Origin: Lama glama
Lineage: Eukaryota
DNA: 64,000 nucleotides
Direction of reading: 5' to 3'
Assembly (NCBI GenBank): GCA_028534125.1
Contig: CM052850.1
Coordinates: 26,784,001-26,848,000, forward strand
Shown here in pieces: positions 56,455-64,000 of this stretch. The position numbers were made by a program, and so were the translations under genes. The notes below the pieces were generated by a model. The model searched no databases. It was given only the letters and a program-made list of their open reading frames with translations, and was not told the origin of the DNA. How positions within the stretch are numbered: the stretch's first letter is position 1; each line of letters starts with the position of its first letter.

Positions 56455-59400
56455 CTAGTCTTCCTTGGGCCTCTCCACGGTGAGAAGTGTGTCCACGATG
56501 GTGGGTTGCCGCTCAGGGTCGCCAAAGGGCTGTTTCTCACGGTTCTTCTCAGCCCTGGTGCGGGTCCAGGATGGGGAGCGCAGACAGCCGGCCCGAGGCA
56601 GTGGGTGTAGGCCTGGTGGGAACACGGGGTGGGGTCAGTATGGCTTGGAGTCTCAGGTCACTCCTGCAGCTACTGGGTTGGGCATGTGTGTGCCTCCAAC
56701 ATGGGGTCTGGCCACATGTTGGGGTCCTCTGGGCACCAGCAATGCGTACTTCTGGGTCTGGGTGCAGCGTGGGCTGGGGATTACCTGATGCCCTCAGGAG
56801 GGTCCTGGTGCAGCCGAGGCCCAGCTCTCCAGCCTGCATGGGTTGTGAGCAGGGAGGGAGGAAGGCTCTGGGCCCCCCACAGCCCTAGTGGCTCCTTTGC
56901 CATTTCTGAGGCCCGTGAGTTCTGGGCCAAGGGCAGCGCTTCCTGGAACTGAGATGAGGAGCGGCCACCCACTTTGTACTCAGCCTACTTGTGATTAAAT
57001 CCATGTAGTGAATTCTACCTTCAGTGGGACAGTGGCTGTGGCCTTTTGTTGGCGTTTCAAGAATGAAAGTGAGGAGGAGTCGAAAGTTCCTTAAAGTTGG
57101 CATACAGGTGTGTAAAATGCAGAAACGGTGCATGAAGTGGCACTTTGTTGACAAATACTTAAACACACATGAGAAATAAAGAAAATTGTTTTCCAAAATG
57201 AGGGTCTCCAGGGAGCGATGCTTGGTAGTCTTGGGCCCCAGGACCTCCCACAGTGCCCTCTAGGCCCAGCACCAGCCCCACCTGCAGGCGAGTCGCTGGT
57301 CAGGTTCTCGTCATCTGAGTCGGCGAAGACCTCAGCCAGCTCCTGGTCGGACATGTCGGTCAGCTCGGTGAGGTCCAGGAGGTCAAAGTGCACCTCCAGG
57401 GAGGAGACGCTGCTCAGAGGCTCTGGGGACAAAGGAGCTTGTCAGCAGGGTGTTCTCCACCAAGGCTGCCCCATGAGGCCCAGGTGAAGCCCAGTGTGGG
57501 CCAGTGGCGGGGTGGGGGGCCGCAGACATGGCCCAGCTCTGTTCTTTGAGGCCCAGCGGAGCCCCTGAGAGCGGAGGAGTGTTTGGACAGGATGTGGACC
57601 CCGCCCTGTCCCCCAGCCTGTACGTACGTCGTCTCTCTGTGACCTGCAGGAGCCCTGGAGCAGGTGCTGGGACGCCCACCTCCTCAGCCACAGGCGAGTG
57701 GAGGCTGTTCCCTGTCCCAGGGACTGGGGTACCCAGGGCAGCCTGTGGCACCGCAATCTCCTTAACTATTTCTGCAACAAAGAAGGTGTTGGTTACCCCA
57801 AGGGCACTGGGGTCTCCCACCTCCACCCCCAGGAGGAGACATGGGATTCCACCTGACCCTGACCCCCACCCAGGACACAGGTGGGAGGACTTGAGAACCT
57901 CCTCTGAGGCCCCGGGCAGTGACCAGGGGTGGCCTTGGGCCAGAAAGCCAGGCAAGGGGTAGGGGCTTCTCTGAGGAGGCTGCCCTTCTCCATTACTCTG
58001 GGTGAGGAAAAGGCTGACTTCCAGACCCTCTGCCCTGAGCACCTGAGCAGGAATGAAGGCAGACCATGTAGGTCTCATGGGGACACTTGCTGGTCCTGTC
58101 AGAGACCCTAGTATCCCAATACTGTCACCTGTCTCGACTTTGGTCCAAACTAGGGTCCGGTGGTTGGTCATGTGTGTCCTTGGCCTTTGGTTCCCTTTAA
58201 TCCACAATGGCGCCTGCTCACCTATGTGTCCTATGTTGTGTTTGAATTCAAAAGAACACATTCTTGTAGCAAAAGAGTTACTGGACGGGTAGGTAGCAGC
58301 CTCTCCCCACCAGCCCCCCTCATGACGGGATGCTCGTCCAGGGTTTTACACGCGGTATTCCCCTGTAATTGCTCATATTTTTGTGTTTGTTTTCATGTGA
58401 TTGCTCGTTTCTTGTACTTTTCGTCGGGTGAGAGCTGCAGGCTCTTCAGGGATCTGCTTGGTGAGGACGGTGCCACTCATAGATGGGGCCCCTACCCCAT
58501 GGAGGCACCACCCTCCCCCGTCTCCACACAGCGGGGGGTCCCAATCACCTGTCAGGCATATGCCCTGGGGCAGCTGGACCCCTTGGCTCCCCTGTGTCCC
58601 CACTGTTGCTGCCCTCTCCTGAGACCCCTCCACACAGATATCCCACCTTCCCTCAGCGAGGGACCCCCTCGATGAACAGGTGCTCAGTCAAGAGTGAGGA
58701 GTGCCCTCCTGGCCCCTGTAGCAGTGTGGTGGGCTGAGCCACCCCAGGGGTGAGACTGAGGGCTGGGTGTGCACCAGCCACAAGAGCAGCTGCCAGGGGT
58801 CCTGGCTGGGGCGCCCAATGCCAACAGCTGCCTGTGAAGAGTGGGCCTGTGTGGTCAGTGGGCTGGACTCGCCTGCCGGGATGTGCGTCTGGAGGGTCCC
58901 CAGCTGAGTGGAAAGACAGTGACGTGGATTCTCAGGTGCAGAGCTGCCCTTGAGGTGGGCGTCTGCCCTGGGAAGCGGGACTGCGGGCGGGGCTTCCCAG
59001 CTCTGCCTGGTGCTGTGTCATCACACAGGGCCTGAGGCCGGACGGGGCTCGGGGTCTGGTTTCCACCTTGCTGCTGCATTCGGAACTTGGCTTCTGAGCA
59101 TCTTCAAAGGGTAGAGTTACACCCACCAGTGTCAGGGCCTACCCAGCCCGCGATGGGCAAGGGCACCTTCCTAACCAGAGGACAGGAGAGCTGGGGGAAC
59201 GGGAAATCTCCTGAGCCTCAGACCAGATTGAATCCTTGCTGAGGGACAAGGGCTAAGAAACCTCTTGAGGGCCTTTGCTCTGCAGGACGCTGTTCTGTTT
59301 CCTCAAAGGGGAGGCACAGCAACCCGGTCCCCCTCACAGAGAGGCATGTGTGGCCTGGGGTGGTGGGTGACCCTGCCTGGTAGGGGAGGCGCTGCCATCT

Positions 59401-62400
59401 GTCTGGAGCCTCCAGACAGGGTAAGTGGCTCTTGGTTAAGAACAGGAACAATGACAGTGGCTCACGGTTTCTGTGTGAGCAGAGTCCCAGCAGTGAATTT
59501 TCCGACTAATGCCACAAGCAGCTGTCAGGGAGGATGCTAAGTTTTGTACTTTAACCCCGAGGGGCTCAGCCTGTCCCAGGCACATAGCACGGGGTCCTTG
59601 GGGCTTGAGCTCTGAGCCCCACCAGCTGGCCTCTGCTCCCAGGTCATGGCTTAGGGCTGGGAACATAGCCCATAAAGGGAGAGACCCCAGACCTTGTGCC
59701 CACAGGGAAGCTGGTGTGTGTTCTCTGGGCCCCGACCAGGGACCAGGGGGAAGTGGACTTAGGGTAAAAGGTGGCACAGAGGTGGAGTCTCTGCTCACAA
59801 CTGCTCTCTCTCACTGGGTGGGGCCCTCATCTAGAAGAGAAAGCACATGCTGTTCATTCTTTGATCCAGTGGAGTCCTGAGCCCACTCTGGCTAGAACAA
59901 AGTAGGTGATTCCTGTCCTCTTGAGGGTGGGCAGTGCTGGGGAGCATGGGGGGGCTATTCCCCCATCTGGGGGATGGGTCTGAAGGTGGGTGAGAGCCAT
60001 GCAATATCTGGGGGAGACAGCACCCCGAAAGGCTCTGAGGGGAGCAGCATGGCTGTATCTGAGGAATGGCTGGGGGCGGTGAGGGCAGGGGACACCAGTT
60101 GGGGGGCAAGCGTATCACGGAGACAACTCTGGCTGCTTCTCAGTGAGCTGAGAGAAGCTTCTGAGGGGTTATGAGCTGAGTGGGACAGCATCCACCTGCC
60201 TCTTTACAGGACGTGGTCCAGGTGGGAAGGATGAAGTCCGTGGGTGCTGAGGTAAGGGAAGAAGGCAGGACTTCGGCACGCTCCTCCCCCATCCTGCCTT
60301 GGGGTCCGGAGCTGGGCAGAGATGCCTCACTGTAGATCCTGGGCCCCCAGACAGCCCCTGGGACAGACCTCCGGCCCCCACAGGCACAGTGGCCTGTTGC
60401 ACTGACTTCAGTTAAGGAGCACATTTTATCAAATGTCAGCATCTGTGAAACAGCAAACCAGCTACAGCTGATGGTGTTGCAGAGCCAGGGGAATGCAGAA
60501 GCCGTGAACTTTTAAACTCTGTATGTCTATTTGTTTTATTCGTTTTGTCTCTCTTTGGCAGTGGTCTCGTCTTTATTCTGTAAATCCTGGTGTCCTGGCC
60601 TGTGTCAAAGCTGTGGGGTCGGGGTGCAGAAGATGCAGCTTTTGCCATCAAGGACACTGATCTTTTGGCTGGAAGGACATGAAGGAAACAGGACTTGGGC
60701 GTGGTCCTCATGCACGGTAGGTGTACCTTAAATGCTCGTTGAATGAGCCCAGGACCCCACCTAAGAGTTAATGAGCCCCTGTGCTAGGAATCACCTAGGT
60801 GTGTCTGGTACCTTCTCAATAAGCCCTTATGGGAAGAAAGGACAAACTCCCCACTTGTGAGACCCACTGCTCGTCCTAGGGTATGAAGCAGAGGAGTGAT
60901 CACACAGGCGGGCATCGGGGCTGGGGTGCTTGGCAGCCTGGCTGGGTTGCAGGCTGGGCGGGCTCAGCAGACCCCAGAGCTGCCCAGCCCAGGGCAAAGG
61001 TGAGCGGTGTTTTCGACGCCCCAAGTCATTAGTCAACTAGTGACCCCCTTGTTCTCACCCCGGCATAGCCCCCATCAAGGCCTCCCCACACGGAAGCAGC
61101 ACCCCAAGGGGAGACTCGAGCTGGGGGACCAAGTCCTGCCCTGCACAGGGCTTGGTACACACGGAGATGATAGGGTTACCCTGTGCTACACTGGTGACCT
61201 ATTTTCCAGCACATTCGAGCAGAGATATGGCCCAAATCTCAAGTTCCCTGCTGTGTGCCGAGGGCTTTGCCCCAAGCATGGAGGTACTCTGCACAAACCC
61301 ACTGCCAGCCAACAAATTAATGAAGTGAATGAGTGAATGGCATAAGAAACAAAATGGCTGCAGGGAGGGAGGACGGTCACAGAGACTCGGTATCCGTACC
61401 CCACTTTCTCAGCCCCTTGTCCTTGGAGTCAGGGCTCGTCTGAGCATGTTGGGGATGCTGGGTGGGCCCTGTCAGGGCTCAGCCTCTGAGGGCAGGGCAC
61501 CGGCCTCTCTCCCAGCTGGACAGACTTGGAGGTGGGTGGGCTAGAAACCTGGCTTCCCATAGGCACTGGTTGGGGACTTTCAAGAATTGCACCGCCCACC
61601 TCTCACCTCCATGTCTGTGCACTTTGATACTAAGAAATTATTAATTCATTTAGGTGCAGAAATGGTATTTTAATTATACTCTATAAAAACATTATCTTTT
61701 ACAGATAATTTCAGAAATACTTAAGGATGAAATAAGATGTCTAGATTTGCTACAAATGACTACTTAAGGAAGGTTGGTGTGGTCTGGCTGGGCAGCGGGG
61801 GTACACGTGGGGCTCTCTCCGCTCTTGTGTGTGCTCCATGCTCCAGACTAAGTTTCCAAAGTTGGTGAACTCCCAGAATGACAGTTGGTCACAGCTACCC
61901 AGACTTGACCCCACGTGAGGGTGGGATGTGGCTATGGGGTTAGAAGACTGTGAGGCCTGTCTGCCCCTGCTGTATCTCTAGCCCCACCACAGTGCCTGCA
62001 CAGAGTAGGTGCCTGGTGAATACATGTGTGCACCGAATTAGGTCTCAGGCTCCAGTAACAAGATGCAGGAACTGAAGGGTGGTTAAGCTCCTCTCCCTGA
62101 TGTCTTCCCTCTGTTGTCTCACTCTGGGCTCCCACAGCCCTGCAGGGGAAGGGTCTGTCTCCATGGAGAGAAGAGGACAGAGAGCTCAGAGGGGCCTGGC
62201 TGCTTGGCCCACAGCCCCAGGCCTTGCTTTCCAAATCTTCCCCTTCAAATCCTCACGAAGCTGCCACTGGGATGCCCTGGGGTCCTGGTACTGCCAATGG
62301 GAAGAGAAAGCTGGACCCGTTCCACAAGTGAGAAAACAAAGAAAACCCACTCCCACCACCCTAGAGGGAGTGACAAGTCTGGAAGGCACCTGCCCAACAC

Positions 62401-63449
62401 AGCAGTGGTGGACCCATGTCTTCAGAATACCTCCAAGGCCAGCCCTTTGGTCTCCAGAGGAGGCCCCTGATGTGGCTGGGGGACCCCCAGTGGGTCCATA
62501 TGTGGTCTGAGAGTGGTTCCTTGGGATGAGACCTCCAGGAAACCTCGGGTGCATCTGGGGCCTGGCCTGGCCAGGCGGGTAGAGGAGCCCGGCAGTTTGC
62601 ATCCAAGTTCCTAGGCCCAAAGCACAGGGAAACCCTTTCTGAAAGGGGAGGCTGCTAGACTTTCCCTCCCACCACTAGCCATCACCCTGCCTAGGGCCAT
62701 ACTTCAAGGGGAGAGTTAGGTTCTTAACCGTCAGAGTTCCCGATGGCTGACAGGGGCTGTGAGGAGGGGTCACTCCGTACACATCTGACCTCCCTGATGT
62801 GTACGCTCCTGGGCCGGGCCGCGGCCAGCAATCCCTGCGGGCGTGGGACCCCCCCGCAGGCCGTGCCCGGTGCGGTCCCCACAACGAGACCCTATCTCAG
62901 ACCCGTGCCCAGCAGGATCCTGGCTGCGGCCTCCCCGCCCTACCCCCAGGGAGTCTGGGGCGAACAAAGCAGACACGCGGCCTGGAGGGTAGCATCCCCC
63001 CACGTCTCGCTGACCTGGACTCCAAACTCTGGACCCAGCACGCCCCATCCCCCAGATCCCCGGCTCGGCCTGGAGGGGGTTCAGGACGAAACTCCGGGGC
63101 GCCCACTCAGGAGCGCGCCAGGCACGGCAGCCCAGGACCGGAGCGGGGAGGACGAGGGGGCGGGGACGTGGTCCGTGCGACCCCAGCTCAGCGCGGGGGC
63201 CGTTCCCGGGAGGTGCCCCCCGCCCGACTCCCCGCGCGCGGCGTACTAGGCTTCCCTCGCTGGGCGCGGAGGGTACTCGGAGCGGCCAGTGGGTCTTCGC
63301 AGCCCCGGGGCGCGGCCGATGAGTGGGCCCGGGGTGGGGGGCGGTGGGGGGAAGGGGCTGCGGGCCGCTGCAGGGAAGGCGCAGCTCGAGGATTCCCAAA
63401 GGCTGGGGCCGCACTCACCTCCAGGGCTGGCGCCCTCCGGGGGCTCCAT
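56455..63449 (-). CDS. DBNDD1: Dysbindin domain-containing protein 1; complement(join(56455..56612,57282..57422,57628..57771,63419..63449))
   Basis: [15 protein letters not shown]...[39 protein letters not shown]...[13 protein letters not shown] introns, all phase 1; 474 nt gives 157 aa plus stop. Confidence 0.96.
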
Positions 63450-64000
63450 GCGGCCGGTAGGGTCTGGAAGGGGCGGTGGCGGCGTCACCCAGCCCTTGTG
63501 CCCCTGTAGCTGCGGCGGCGGCTCGGCCCCAGCTCCCGGCGCAGCGCATCGGGGCAGCAGCCTGGGGGCCGCGGCGGCGGGGAGGAGCTCGCGGGGCGGG
63601 GCGCGCAGCTGCTCCGGGGCCCCGGTCCGCCCCCCCCCCCCCCCGCCAGTTCTCCTCCCCCAGCTCCGCAGCACAGGTGCGGTCCCGCCCCGCCCCGCGC
63701 GCGCCCCCTGTCGGCCCCAGACCCTGCAGACTCCCTCGCCTGCGGATCGCGCCCCTCCTGCGGACCCACCCGGACCTGGTGGCTGCCTCCCACTCCTGGC
63801 CGGGACTCTGCGGCCCTTGCGCGCGCCCTCATCCAGCAGCCGCGCCGACTTGCGTCCATTTGTTTACCCCCACATATATCTGGGGGCGCCAACTACGTGC
63901 TGGAGCTCCGCTGGGCATGGAGGGGCGGGCACAAGCGGAGCCTAAGGCGGCGCCAACACAGATTGTGATAAATGATCAGAAGAGGCACGGGGGGCGGGGC
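62800..64000 (-). promoter_or_regulatory. DBNDD1: DBNDD1 CpG island and promoter
   Basis: Dense CpG and GC boxes around and upstream of the first coding exon. Confidence 0.8.

Noticed and set aside
57383-58261. 292-aa minus-strand ORF
   Set aside because: It contains DBNDD1 exon 2 in frame; the flanks are intronic and bounded by canonical splice sites.
62743-63945. Multiple long ORFs on both strands in the DBNDD1 CpG island
   Set aside because: Explained by stop-codon scarcity at very high GC; only the 31-nt first coding exon is supported.

Overview
Mammalian genomic DNA, GC-rich and gene-dense. Three tRNA-derived SINEs, two with an AAATAAACCTAATTAC-like tail, suggest a camelid (inference). 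The window is the conserved block TUBB3(+) - DEF8(+) - CENPBD1(-) - AFG3L1(+) - DBNDD1(-). TUBB3 (4 exons, 450 aa; exon 4 has two N runs that preserve the expected length exactly), DEF8 (11 coding exons, 451 aa) and DBNDD1 (4 exons, 157 aa) splice cleanly into open frames. The most interesting element is a head-to-head pair sharing one CpG island. One partner is an intact, intronless 543-aa pogo/Tigger-derived CENP-B-like protein (CENPBD1): DDE domain complete, third catalytic Asp replaced by Gly, no terminal repeats seen, probable spliced 5'UTR. The other is AFG3L1 (m-AAA protease), an intron-containing unitary pseudogene with stops, frameshifts and an in-frame deletion of the HEAGH zinc motif. 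Also visible are a near-perfect REST/NRSE site, RFX, CTCF and NRF1 motif matches, a decayed copy of the human DEF8 long-isoform exon, and SINE, L1, LTR and DNA-transposon relics. No CRISPR array, rRNA or true tRNA gene was found. Orthologue comparisons and repeat family names are from recall, not database searches.
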